From a virus (Duplodnaviria > Caudoviricetes), in the IMG/VR virus record IMGVR_UViG_3300027855_000001, positions 1 through 51,863 of that record: DNA of 51,863 nt. One strand, given 5' to 3'. Below the pieces are notes generated by a model. The model was given only the letters and a program-made list of their open reading frames with translations, was not told where the DNA came from and searched no databases. Positions 42,897-51,764 of the stretch are shown here, piece by piece. The position numbers and the translations under genes were made by a program. How positions within the stretch are numbered: the first letter of the stretch is position 1; every line of letters starts with the position of its first letter.

Positions 42897-43543
42897 TGGG
42901 GAGCCTCCGTCCAACGCCAGACTACGTTGACAACGCCAGACGAGATGGAAGTGGCGTTGAGGTTGATGCAGAGTTGTTGGGCTACACCACGGAGGGTTGG
43001 GGCTTCAATAAACTGGCGCTCGGACCAGTCGAAGTTGAGGCCCGCATTGCCTGCAAGTGTACCAGTCGCGGTGAGGACGAGGATACCTGTGTCGATCAAC
43101 CCTGGTGCAGCATCAGTGATAGTAGGGTTGGCAGTCCAAGCAGTGGTGGTAGCGACAGGCGCCGAGTCGGTACTGTCCAGTCGATAGGGAACTGGCAGCG
43201 CGGTGCCAGTTGCGGGAGTGCCTCCGGTATTGGCGGTGGCATGCTTGGTGATGGTGGTAGGAACGTTGATCAGTGTACCAGCGGTGCCAGAGACGCGGAC
43301 TTGCTGGATACGAGCAACGACGTTAAGACCGCCGGTGATGCAAGAGAGATCGGTGGCGGCTGAGGGTGGAACAACGGCTATGCCAGTGGCGGCGTAGCTA
43401 TTGACACCGGGTTCCTGTTTACAGACAATGCCAACTTGAGGAACGTTGTTGACACTACCCACGCCGATGCATGGGACTTGAGCCATTGCAGGCATAGCCC
43501 ACAATGCAAGGACCCAAAGGAGAGCTTGAGCTAGTCTTTTCAT
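42893..43543 (-). CDS. Secreted Thr-rich beta protein
   Basis: AGGAGG RBS; signal peptide MKRLAQALLWVLALWAMPAMA-Q; four Cys. Confidence 0.78.
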   Translation of the reverse strand: MKRLAQALLWVLALWAMPAMAQVPCIGVGSVNNVPQVGIVCKQEPGVNSYAATGIAVVPPSAATDLSCITGGLNVVARIQQVRVSGTAGTLINVPTTITKHATANTGGTPATGTALPVPYRLDSTDSAPVATTTAWTANPTITDAAPGLIDTGILVLTATGTLAGNAGLNFDWSERQFIEAPTLRGVAQQLCINLNATSISSGVVNVVWRWTEAPQ

Positions 43544-43553
43544 CTTGCCCTCC

Positions 43554-44090
43554 TTAGTTCGCAACAGTGATGCCGGGCTGGTAGCCCGACAGCACAGCGT
43601 TGTTGGTTCCGGAGTAGAACTGATCCATCCGGTCGAGGATGATCAGGGCTTCGACGATACCGGCGGTGGTGGTGGCGGTGCCGATGACGTATTGAAGGCG
43701 GAGGAAGCGAGGGATGGCCACGCCGTCCGGTGGGCGAGGGAAGTCCATGTCCATGAGGCGAGCGCCTTGGACAAGGGTCGCAAGGGCGTAGACCGGAGTG
43801 GAGTACCAGTTGGAGTATGCAGCCGGGGCGCCAGAGCCGTTGTCGATGGCCGACTGGAGAGTGACCTGGAGGGTGGCCGCACCAGCAGAGGTGAAGGCGG
43901 TGGTCACCTGCACCAAGAGCTTCATCGTGGGGTCGTCACCGATACCGATATCGCGGGCTCCTCCGCCGTTGGCGGAGGAAGGGATGCCTGAAGTGATACC
44001 GAGATCGATCACGTTGGTGGAGTTGTAGGTGCCTGCGATTTGAGCGAGGTTGATCGCGGCATCGAACTGGAGAAATGCGTCGAGGATCAT
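43554..44090 (-). CDS. Capsid cement/decoration protein (BPP-1 Bbp16-like)
   Basis: MILDAFLQF, STNVIDLG, RDIGIG, LLVQVTTAF, RFLRLQY; follows the capsid gene. Confidence 0.8.
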   Translation of the reverse strand: MILDAFLQFDAAINLAQIAGTYNSTNVIDLGITSGIPSSANGGGARDIGIGDDPTMKLLVQVTTAFTSAGAATLQVTLQSAIDNGSGAPAAYSNWYSTPVYALATLVQGARLMDMDFPRPPDGVAIPRFLRLQYVIGTATTTAGIVEALIILDRMDQFYSGTNNAVLSGYQPGITVAN

Positions 44091-44101
44091 TGTGCCGCTC
44101 C

Positions 44102-45142
44102 TTAGATGGTGGCTTCGTTGTTGAGGATTTGGTCGCAGGTCCGGCAAGGGATACCGCGGAAGGTGGTGATCGGTTTGCCGTCGAATTCTTCGATGCGGAG
44201 CAGTACATTGGTCTTATTCATCGCTTGAAGGTCCAAATACGTCCTGATGACCCGATTACAGTAGATCACCGTGCGGCCCATATTGGCCCTGACCTCGGGA
44301 GTGTCCGAAGTCTGGATCGTACCGGCCGAGACTGGCTGGGTCGGGAGTTTGTAAATCGCGCGAACGATGAGGTTAATGAGGTTGGCAGCTGAGACGCCGG
44401 TCAGTTGGGTGATGTCGATGTTCGCGATCCGGGCGACGTAGCGCCAGTCGCGAAGGACGTAGCCGATCTCCCACTTGAAGTGATCACGGTAGGCCTGATA
44501 CGTATTCGAGGAACTGTCCGTAACCGGCCACTCACCCATATCACGATGCTGGAGGCCGGTGATTTTTCCTTTTGGGAAAATGCCATGGGCGGTGTCATCG
44601 CCCCAGACATGGACCCAGATCGAGGTGTTGGTCGAGGCAGCGCCACCGCCGGAGAGGACGTTGTTGGCGGTCTGGGAGTTGGCGGTGTTCGAGGTCGAGT
44701 AGCGAGGGGCAAGGCCGGTGAACCGTTCCGGGTTCACAAACTGGTTGCCGTAGATGAGGGTCCCGGCGACTTGCTGAGACATCCCTTCGAGGAAGGCTTT
44801 CGTTTCCGAAAGGCGGAACTCTTGAGTGTTCCCGTTCAGGTCCGCGATGTCTTTGTCAATCACGGAGTAGGTTTCGAGGTTCCCACACGCGTCGACGATC
44901 TGGGCGGTGGTGGACTTCGCGTTCGGGACACCTTGGTTCAGTAAGCGCCAAGTGGCCTGTGGGAGGCCGGTTCGAACGGTGGTCTTGTGGCCGGTGGGTT
45001 GGTTGCCCTCGACAACCATCATATCCTCCAATACCTCATTGGTCTGAGAGAGGAGTTCGATGATCCGGGCGACCTTAAACCCATCTTCTACACGTTTTGC
45101 CCAATCGGCATACGTGAGTGAGAGGTTTCCGATAGTTGCCAT
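44102..45142 (-). CDS. Major capsid protein (BPP-1 Bbp17-like, HK97 fold)
   Basis: IIELLSQTNEVLEDM, RTGLP..TWR.LNQGV, FTGLAPRY, LRDWRYVARIANID, FRGIP.R.CD. Confidence 0.9.
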   Translation of the reverse strand: MATIGNLSLTYADWAKRVEDGFKVARIIELLSQTNEVLEDMMVVEGNQPTGHKTTVRTGLPQATWRLLNQGVPNAKSTTAQIVDACGNLETYSVIDKDIADLNGNTQEFRLSETKAFLEGMSQQVAGTLIYGNQFVNPERFTGLAPRYSTSNTANSQTANNVLSGGGAASTNTSIWVHVWGDDTAHGIFPKGKITGLQHRDMGEWPVTDSSSNTYQAYRDHFKWEIGYVLRDWRYVARIANIDITQLTGVSAANLINLIVRAIYKLPTQPVSAGTIQTSDTPEVRANMGRTVIYCNRVIRTYLDLQAMNKTNVLLRIEEFDGKPITTFRGIPCRTCDQILNNEATI

Positions 45143-45166
45143 TGGAATTGGTTCCTTGTTGCAGGG

Positions 45167-45910
45167 TTAACGGCGATCGCTCGCCGATGGGAGTTTAGGC
45201 CACATGGCCGCCGCTGCTCCCGGCTCGGTCGAAGCTCCCGGCGCGGATTGACCGTGCCTGCTTGGTCCATTGCCTGCAACATGCGTACCTTCGGTCAGCT
45301 GCTTGGCGAAATGGTCCATCATCCGGATGAAGGCGGGGTGATTGCCTACTCCGGTGATGTCCATCGCCTCGCGAAAGTCCGAGGCCAGCTTCGCGTCAGG
45401 GACTCCGTCGAGGAGTTTCCCGATCCGAACGTTTACCTCCCCGCCAGGGGCGAGCTTGCCTCGCAGGTCAGGGTGGTCTTGCGACTGCTTTAGCCAGTCA
45501 GCGACGGTGTCTTGATAGGCTTTGTAAGGGGCGGCCTGCGCCTCGGCGGTGAGCTCACGATACATATCGACAAGCTTCTGCGCACCCTCCTGCGGGAGGC
45601 CTAACTCCTTGAAGATGGGAAGGGCTTTGGCGATGACAACGGGGTCGAGCTTCACGCCTTCAGGGGCTTTGAAGTCTTCGTACTTCTCGGGGGCGCCCTT
45701 AGCAGGAGGCTCTTCCTTCTTCTCGCCTTCGGCCTTTTGGTTTAGGACCGACTTGCCATCATTGGACTGTTCGGTCTTCGGGAGCGTCGTCTCTGTCTTC
45801 TGTTCGGTCGTCGTCTCTTTCGACTGCGGCGTCCCCTGATCCGCTATCGTCCCGTCCGTCGTTCGCGCTATCCCGTCGGTTCCCGTTGTCGTCGTCTGTT
45901 CGTCCGCCAT
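45167..45910 (-). CDS. Capsid scaffolding protein
   Basis: Acidic low-complexity N-terminus, APEKYEDF..PEG, GNHPAFIR; upstream of the capsid gene. Confidence 0.75.
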   Translation of the reverse strand: MADEQTTTTGTDGIARTTDGTIADQGTPQSKETTTEQKTETTLPKTEQSNDGKSVLNQKAEGEKKEEPPAKGAPEKYEDFKAPEGVKLDPVVIAKALPIFKELGLPQEGAQKLVDMYRELTAEAQAAPYKAYQDTVADWLKQSQDHPDLRGKLAPGGEVNVRIGKLLDGVPDAKLASDFREAMDITGVGNHPAFIRMMDHFAKQLTEGTHVAGNGPSRHGQSAPGASTEPGAAAAMWPKLPSASDRR

Positions 45911-46202
45911 CGTTGGCCTCTCGCATCATGAAGATGAATTGATCTGGGCAGGCACGGAGGAGATCGGCGATCAACTCCAGCCCGATGTTCTGTTCGCCGA
46001 GTTGGAAGTTGGTCGCGTTGTTCTCGCCGGTGTATGGGGTTCGGAAAGCGTGACAGCGGCCGATGAGGCGCCACATCCAGGCGCGGCCATCTTGGGTGGT
46101 CATCACTTTGATAAGAACGCCATCGTCAAGGGCGCGATCAGAGCGGTTGCGCTTGATCGCGGCTTTGATTTGACGAGTGTCGCTGGCGTTGTAGTCGGTC
46201 AC
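45759..46202 (-). CDS. Bbp19-like protein
   Basis: T.DGRAWMWRLI..C..F, F..GEQNIGL; between portal and scaffold. Confidence 0.7.
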   Translation of the reverse strand: MTDYNASDTRQIKAAIKRNRSDRALDDGVLIKVMTTQDGRAWMWRLIGRCHAFRTPYTGENNATNFQLGEQNIGLELIADLLRACPDQFIFMMREANDGGRTDDDNGNRRDSANDGRDDSGSGDAAVERDDDRTEDRDDAPEDRTVQ

Positions 46203-46318
46203 TAGAACCTCGACAGCAAAAGGCGCGTGATGAGCCACGCAGCGATGGTCCAGCCAAGGCCCATGAAGAAGCCCCAGACGAACCAGACGAGGAGGGCTTC
46301 GGGGGTAATTGCCATCAT
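46202..46318 (-). CDS. 38-aa membrane protein; not in ORF track
   Basis: ATGA overlap with the portal stop; LLVWFVWGFFMGLGWTIAAWLI. Confidence 0.6.
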   Translation of the reverse strand: MMAITPEALLVWFVWGFFMGLGWTIAAWLITRLLLSRF

Positions 46319-48129
46319 GGGGCGGCTCCTGTGAGTTTGGTCATCAACGAGCCCTGACCGGGGTTGGCTTCGCTGAGGGTCTTCGCCCCAGCCGCGAGCT
46401 TCTGCGCGGTGTCGGCCTGAGCGGCGATCGCTTGCTGCTGCTGTTGCTTGTCGCGGTTGGCGCGGATCATCTGCAATGCTTGTGGCGAACGAATTAACTT
46501 AGGATCGTTATTGTAAAGGTAACTGACTTTATCAAGTCCATAATCAACATCAACATTATCCATAGCAGCTGGATCAATACCAGCAAGAGAACCAACAAGA
46601 TTAAAAAGTCGTTCGATACCTGAAGCCTGTGATGCGTTTTGAGAGAGCTCAATCATAGAGGTGAAGTTGGTATGAATATGAGCCCCAGCAATCTCACGTG
46701 GGGCTGGAGGTAGGATGCCTGCACGAGAGGCGATACCGAAGACGCGTTCATGCATCTGAGTAAAGCCTTCATGATTAAGACGTTCGAGAACAGGCCCAAG
46801 CATGAGCATGGCCTCAGAACGGCGGGCGTCAATCTCACCAAGGGTGACATTCGAGCGCGTCTCGAATTGGGAAATGACTTGAAAGAGGTTGTTGTAAAAG
46901 GTCTCTTTGATCCGGGAACGGACATCTGCCATCTGCTCCATCATTTCCTTGACTTGGGGATTGACCAAGTAGGCTGGAGCGAAGCCGGCTTTGCCGGAAA
47001 CGGTCATGCCATTCACATACGTTACGCCACCGGGCAGCAACGAGGCGGGTTGGTTCTTAAGTTGGATATCCCCCACCATCGGAGGGTTGACCATCTTGTC
47101 GATGCCTTGGGAGAGGCGCTTGGTCTCTACTTGCAACTGCTTGATATCGGGCAGGGCATCCATACCAGGGGATCGGCCGTAGGCGTCATTACTAACCAAG
47201 TCCCATCGACACGTAATAGCAGGGTTTTCGTGAAAGCCCTTGGAGGAAAGTAGGCCACGAATGTTGCCTCCACCCCCTTGTGGCGAAGCAGAACCTCCCC
47301 ACTCCCAATAGCACTCACGGAAAGGGAAGAGTTCAGGGATACCGTATTTGCGGCCATCCTCGTTGGGCTCCAGCATATGCGCCACTACCAGCTCGCGCGT
47401 TAGGGATGTTCCGCCTTCGGCCCACAGTCTAGCTGTGCTAGGAGAGAGTTGTTCAACTCCAAACCTATTCGCGCATTGGTCCACTGTATTAGTGAACTCA
47501 CGTGCGAATACATTGGGTCGGTAGTAGCCATCTTGATCGATGTAATATTCCCCGAAGCAAGGGTTGAAGCAACGGATGACATTTTCAAAATCCTCATAAA
47601 TAAGCATCACCGCCGTGCCGAAGACGACGAGGTCGAAGTAGAAGATGGCGAGGGAGTCGTAGAAGTTGGACTGGAGGAGGATGAGATTGATCAGGCGCTC
47701 GACTTGAGAAAGCCAAAGGCTAATCGGAGAGGTCTGTGTCGAGTCGATGTTGTTGATCTTGTATCGAAACCAGCGCTTGGTTGGGTCGCTGCACCCCATC
47801 ATCATTCCAGCAGCCAAATTCCTAGCAGCCAAAGTTCCCGTGGAGTCAAGTATGTGTTGGTTGATTGGCGACCCGCGTTGCTGCTGGTTCGGAGTAATGA
47901 GCCATTTATACCGACGCGGTAGGATATAGTCGGCGAGCTCTCTTCCGTGGACCCACCAGCTATATCGATTAGTGCGCAAACCAAGGAGCCTAGACTCTGC
48001 CTTCTGTCTAAAGAGTTGCTCAGGGGAGTCAAGCCTTATGTTGGCGCGCATCGTCGCGCGGTTGACCTTCGCCTGCATGGCGGGGTGGAGCTTCATCATC
48101 CCGGTGTTGAAGGCGGATTGTTCAGGCAT
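46315..48129 (-). CDS. Portal (head-to-tail connector) protein
   Basis: LADYILPRR, DSTGTLAARNLAAGM, DLVVFGTA, YGRSPGMDALPDIKQLQ, MLGPVLERL. Confidence 0.92.
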   Translation of the reverse strand: MPEQSAFNTGMMKLHPAMQAKVNRATMRANIRLDSPEQLFRQKAESRLLGLRTNRYSWWVHGRELADYILPRRYKWLITPNQQQRGSPINQHILDSTGTLAARNLAAGMMMGCSDPTKRWFRYKINNIDSTQTSPISLWLSQVERLINLILLQSNFYDSLAIFYFDLVVFGTAVMLIYEDFENVIRCFNPCFGEYYIDQDGYYRPNVFAREFTNTVDQCANRFGVEQLSPSTARLWAEGGTSLTRELVVAHMLEPNEDGRKYGIPELFPFRECYWEWGGSASPQGGGGNIRGLLSSKGFHENPAITCRWDLVSNDAYGRSPGMDALPDIKQLQVETKRLSQGIDKMVNPPMVGDIQLKNQPASLLPGGVTYVNGMTVSGKAGFAPAYLVNPQVKEMMEQMADVRSRIKETFYNNLFQVISQFETRSNVTLGEIDARRSEAMLMLGPVLERLNHEGFTQMHERVFGIASRAGILPPAPREIAGAHIHTNFTSMIELSQNASQASGIERLFNLVGSLAGIDPAAMDNVDVDYGLDKVSYLYNNDPKLIRSPQALQMIRANRDKQQQQQAIAAQADTAQKLAAGAKTLSEANPGQGSLMTKLTGAAP

Positions 48130-48274
48130 CCTGCGGAGCCTTCGACGGGGTGGGCTTCGGGATGCGGCCCATGGAGTGCATCGTGGCGAGTGCCATGAGC
48201 ATGTCGGTTTCGGAAGGCTTCGCCTGGACGGGGGCCTGTTGCGCGGATTGGCCTTTGGCGAATGGGACGATCAT
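48122..48274 (-). CDS. Small hypothetical protein (MIVPFAKG...)
   Basis: ATGA overlap; gene chain. Confidence 0.55.
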   Translation of the reverse strand: MIVPFAKGQSAQQAPVQAKPSETDMLMALATMHSMGRIPKPTPSKAPQDA

Positions 48275-48471
48275 GAGAGCCCCGCTCCACCGATCAGGGA
48301 TTTCTGGCCTTGGTTCTGCTGAGAGGCGACGAGGCCCGAACCAAGGAAGGTAGGCTGGGATGGCTTCGCTTGGGGCTTTTGCCCTGGGCCGGTGCCTTGG
48401 GCGCCGAAGACTGGAGGGGCGCCGGGGGCCTGAGGGAGAACGGGGGCTGCTGGTTGAGGGGTGCCCATCAT
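48271..48471 (-). CDS. Small Pro/Gly-rich virion-associated protein
   Basis: Position before the portal gene; ends GQKSLIGG. Confidence 0.6.
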   Translation of the reverse strand: MMGTPQPAAPVLPQAPGAPPVFGAQGTGPGQKPQAKPSQPTFLGSGLVASQQNQGQKSLIGGAGLS

Positions 48472-48719
48472 GCAAGCACCTGATGAGCGACGGGCGACGG
48501 GATTGAAGACATAAGGTCTTGGGCCAACCCCTGTCGCCCGCTCAAAGAGCCACATATGCTGCGTTCGCTTGCCCTGCTTTGCACAGCTAGCAATTCGCTC
48601 CTATATCCCGGGAGCTTTAGTCGGTGGATAGGGTAGCTACTCCTATCCCATCCCCAGGAGCAGGTACCAATCCATTTACGGAGGTACTCAATTGCGTGCT
48701 GGAGAGAATTCAAATTCAT
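48468..48719 (-). CDS. Hypothetical protein
   Basis: ATGA overlaps at both ends. Confidence 0.5.
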   Translation of the reverse strand: MNLNSLQHAIEYLRKWIGTCSWGWDRSSYPIHRLKLPGYRSELLAVQSRASERSICGSLSGRQGLAQDLMSSIPSPVAHQVLA

Positions 48720-50233
48720 GCGGCCCTCACTTCTTCTTCATACCGCTCAAGGGGATCGTAGTCGTGTTCGACATTGGGCTTGTGCTGATGCTCACCACCT
48801 GCATATTCGTGCGGGGCGAGGGCGTTCGAGAAGGTCAGGGCGAGGGCATCGATATCGTCAAGCTCGAGATCGGGGTCGAGCTTGAGCATGTCCTCTTTGG
48901 AGATGAGTTGGATTTGGTCTTTTTTGTTGAAAGTGTATTTGATCGCCATGAACTGGCGCTTAAGTTCGGGGTCATCGGGGAGGCACCCGGTCTTGGTCCA
49001 GGCGCGCAGGGCCCCGTACATGCCGCTGCGCATGTTGGCGTATTGCTCCTGCTCAGAGCCGAAGGAGCGATGGGGGGTCATGTCCTTCGAGCCGAATTGG
49101 ACCTCGTAGCAGAAGAGGGCCTTGTGCCTGATCTGGTCTACCACACCGCCACCCACGCCACCCCCATCCACCATGATCCCATCAGCGTGGAGACGGAAGT
49201 TCGCGTCGAAGACTTTCTCCGCTAGTTGTACAGTTGAAAGCCCTTGAAATCGTTCTCGAGGGTAGGTACGAGCGTCCCGTCCTTTGCGGGGGTAAATGAC
49301 AGAAGCGTTCTTGCCATATCGTGCCACGTCCACCCCAAGGGCAAGCGGATCGGTGAGGGCGGAGATGGCGTCGCGGGCCATGGCCTCAGTGATGTCGGCT
49401 GCATTGAAGAACTCCATCTCACCAACGCGGGGGAACATGCCGTAGACGCGGATGCGGACGAAGTCGGAGTCTTCGCCGTAGGCATCGATCCACTTGGAGA
49501 TTTGCTCTTTGTTGGTGAAGTCGATTGAGCGGGAGTCAACGGAGCGCGTGCGCCAATACTTGGCAAACATCCCGCCCTCGAAACATTCCTTGAAGCGGCC
49601 CGAGTTGCGGGTAGGGTTGCCATAGACAAGCCAGAAGATTTGGGTGTCCTTATCAGTGAGGGCGCCTTCGCTGGTTTCCCAGATTACGTCGTCGATGGCA
49701 GAGGCCTCATCCATGATGAGGAGGATGCGACGGCCTTGATTGTGCAGACCCGCGAAGGCCTCGGGATTGTTCTTGGACCAGGGGACTTGATCGAGGCGCC
49801 AAGTGCGTTCGTACTCGGGGTGGTAATACGACGTAGCTGTCAATTTGAAAACATCTTTGGTTATACTGGCCGCGTGCCACCGCCCTAACTCTGCCCAGGT
49901 CTTACCTTTAAGCTGGGGCTCGGTATTGGCAGTGACCACGCCACGGGTATCTGGAAGGGTGTCGATGCCCCATTTACAAATCCAAGAGACCTCGGCGGAT
50001 TTGCCTACGCCGTGGCCAGAGGCTGTGGCTTCGAGGATGGGCTGGAGGGCTTCGGTCAGGTTCGTCGTGGATTGCAGGCGATCGCGGATGCCCTTAAGCT
50101 GATCCTCTTGCCAATAGTTGGGGCCTTTGAAGTTGGCAAGGCGACCGGGCGAGCCCCATTCCCATGCACCTAAGACGTAGGCGAAGGGGTCCTTCGACAC
50201 AGAGGCGAGCCAATTGACTAAGCTCTCGTCCAT
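48716..50233 (-). CDS. terL: Terminase large subunit
   Basis: ASGHGVGKS, IMDEASAI, GNPTR, GVDVARYG, VDGGGVGGGVVD, DDIDALALTF. Confidence 0.95.
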   Translation of the reverse strand: MDESLVNWLASVSKDPFAYVLGAWEWGSPGRLANFKGPNYWQEDQLKGIRDRLQSTTNLTEALQPILEATASGHGVGKSAEVSWICKWGIDTLPDTRGVVTANTEPQLKGKTWAELGRWHAASITKDVFKLTATSYYHPEYERTWRLDQVPWSKNNPEAFAGLHNQGRRILLIMDEASAIDDVIWETSEGALTDKDTQIFWLVYGNPTRNSGRFKECFEGGMFAKYWRTRSVDSRSIDFTNKEQISKWIDAYGEDSDFVRIRVYGMFPRVGEMEFFNAADITEAMARDAISALTDPLALGVDVARYGKNASVIYPRKGRDARTYPRERFQGLSTVQLAEKVFDANFRLHADGIMVDGGGVGGGVVDQIRHKALFCYEVQFGSKDMTPHRSFGSEQEQYANMRSGMYGALRAWTKTGCLPDDPELKRQFMAIKYTFNKKDQIQLISKEDMLKLDPDLELDDIDALALTFSNALAPHEYAGGEHQHKPNVEHDYDPLERYEEEVRAA

Positions 50234-50244
50234 CTAAACCCCTA

Positions 50245-50302
50245 AGGGGCAAAGCAAGTGAACCCGGTCCGGGAGGATTAGACCCACTCTAGCTTTGCCC
50301 CT
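50245..50302 (-). promoter_or_regulatory. Stem-loop in the terL leader
   Basis: Perfect 11-bp IR AGGGGCAAAGC (50245-50255) / GCTTTGCCCCT (50292-50302). Confidence 0.5.
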
Positions 50303-50316
50303 CCCCCAGGAGACTG

Positions 50317-50490
50317 TTAACGCTTTCCTTGCTTTATATAATCGAGGGTACTCAAAGCGTTAGCTGCATTAAGAGCGGCCTGTGAATACTTCATTGCCTG
50401 ATCATGATCAGTTGCCATCGAAGCCTTTTCGATTAACAACATCACATGATCCTGGTCTGCTCTTCGTTCCTTTGGCTTATCTTCTTCCAT
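50317..50490 (-). CDS. 57-aa helical protein (…AMKYSQAALNAANAL…); not in ORF track
   Basis: GGAGG RBS; hand-translated open frame between the putative terS and terL. Confidence 0.75.
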   Translation of the reverse strand: MEEDKPKERRADQDHVMLLIEKASMATDHDQAMKYSQAALNAANALSTLDYIKQGKR

Positions 50491-50545
50491 CGGGTTCTAC
50501 CTCCGAATGTGTCAACGCTTGAAGGCGGTGCATTGACGTTACCGC

Positions 50546-51175
50546 TTAGGCCACCCTCCGCCGCTTAGTAGTTAGGATAGCTGCGAATGAAGGGCGGGCC
50601 GGAGGTTTCGAACGCTCCCCAGTCTTCGCCGCCTCCGGCCCAGAAGGCAATAAGGGCGGCTTAGTCCGGGAGGACTGGGACCCCTCACTGACTTCAACGG
50701 CGGTGGACTCAATGACCTTGACCTCGCGGGCCTTCCCGCTGCGTTCGATCGCGCGGTCTAGGAGGGCTGCGAAGTCGTGCTTGTGTTCGACCTGAGAGGT
50801 CTTGGGATAGCCAAAGCGATCGGCGCGGTCTTGAGAAAGGCGGTTGAGGGTCAAGAGTGGGAGCTTATCCCCCGCCTCATCCGCTTCCTCAAGTTGATCC
50901 GCGATCATGGCCTCAGTCTGGATCATGTTGGCCATGCCCAGGTCGAGGTATTGATCCACGTTCCGGTTCCAAATCTTCTCCACGTCGTCACGGTAGAGGG
51001 TGACGAGTTCCTTGAAGGAGGGATCAGCGAGGAGGATCGAAATGCGCTTGAACGAAATCCCAGTCTGACGACGGATGTGGTCGTGCGTCGCGCCGATGGC
51101 GACGAGGCGCGCTACCGCGTGGTGGCGTTCGCGGTACTGATCGAGGGCCCGGCCAGCGGCGGTGAGGGCTCCCAT
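50546..51175 (-). CDS. Putative terminase small subunit
   Basis: N-terminal HTH-like segment, DRFGYPKTSQVEH motif, position upstream of terL. Confidence 0.6.
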   Translation of the reverse strand: MGALTAAGRALDQYRERHHAVARLVAIGATHDHIRRQTGISFKRISILLADPSFKELVTLYRDDVEKIWNRNVDQYLDLGMANMIQTEAMIADQLEEADEAGDKLPLLTLNRLSQDRADRFGYPKTSQVEHKHDFAALLDRAIERSGKAREVKVIESTAVEVSEGSQSSRTKPPLLPSGPEAAKTGERSKPPARPSFAAILTTKRRRVA

Positions 51176-51618
51176 TACGCGGCCCTCCGACGAACAGAGC
51201 CAAGAGTATTGCCATGTAATAGCGAAGTCACACGCGGTGCATCAGCAATGAGCTTTGCGACCTTCGGGAGGTCCGATACGTCAATAAAAGTACGGTTCAT
51301 GAGTGTATTCTTCTCAGGGAGATAGCGTTGGATGAGCTTAATCTCCTCTGCATCCAATTGCCAAACCGGAACCCACTTGACTTTGATTTGATCAAACTCA
51401 ATTAGCGGAACTTCCTCCTTACCTTTGGCTGGACGAAGCCCTTTCTTATGCCTGCGCATACCGCTGATGTGTTGACCAATCCGATGATAAACGTTCAGAG
51501 ACTTCCCAACGTACAGCACTGTCCCTTTGAAGAGAAGGAGATAAACCCCAGTTCCAGGCTGAGGGTGGCCAAAAGGCTCAAACCCTTCTCGTTCCGATGC
51601 CGCACAATCCTCCATCAT
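51175..51618 (-). CDS. GIY-YIG family endonuclease, probably leaderless
   Basis: GVYLLL...VLYVGKS.NV..RI.QH, E..LI..Y.P..N; ATG at the predicted +1. Confidence 0.8.
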   Translation of the reverse strand: MMEDCAASEREGFEPFGHPQPGTGVYLLLFKGTVLYVGKSLNVYHRIGQHISGMRRHKKGLRPAKGKEEVPLIEFDQIKVKWVPVWQLDAEEIKLIQRYLPEKNTLMNRTFIDVSDLPKVAKLIADAPRVTSLLHGNTLGSVRRRAA

Positions 51619-51625
51619 GCATTCC

Positions 51626-51654
51626 ATTATACACCTTCCTGCCCCAAATGTCAA
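51626..51654 (-). promoter_or_regulatory. Consensus sigma70 promoter for the packaging/structural operon
   Basis: TTGACA-17 bp-TATAAT on the - strand. Confidence 0.9.
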
Positions 51655-51764
51655 GTGAAATCGCTCGGTCAACTCACGCTTCGCAATCCGCGTGATGGGT
51701 ATGGGTTGTTCCCCACAACAAAAATTTGCGGGGCAACACTGGGCCGGCCCGACGCGCGCGTTTT

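Noticed and set aside
36594-48129. Diversity-generating retroelement, suggested by BPP-1-like head genes
   Set aside because: No reverse transcriptase motifs and no template/variable repeat pair seen
20261-51325. Numerous + strand ORFs across the late region, and - strand ORFs in 0.3-20 kb
   Set aside because: Antisense shadows of GC-rich genes, without RBS or recognisable motifs
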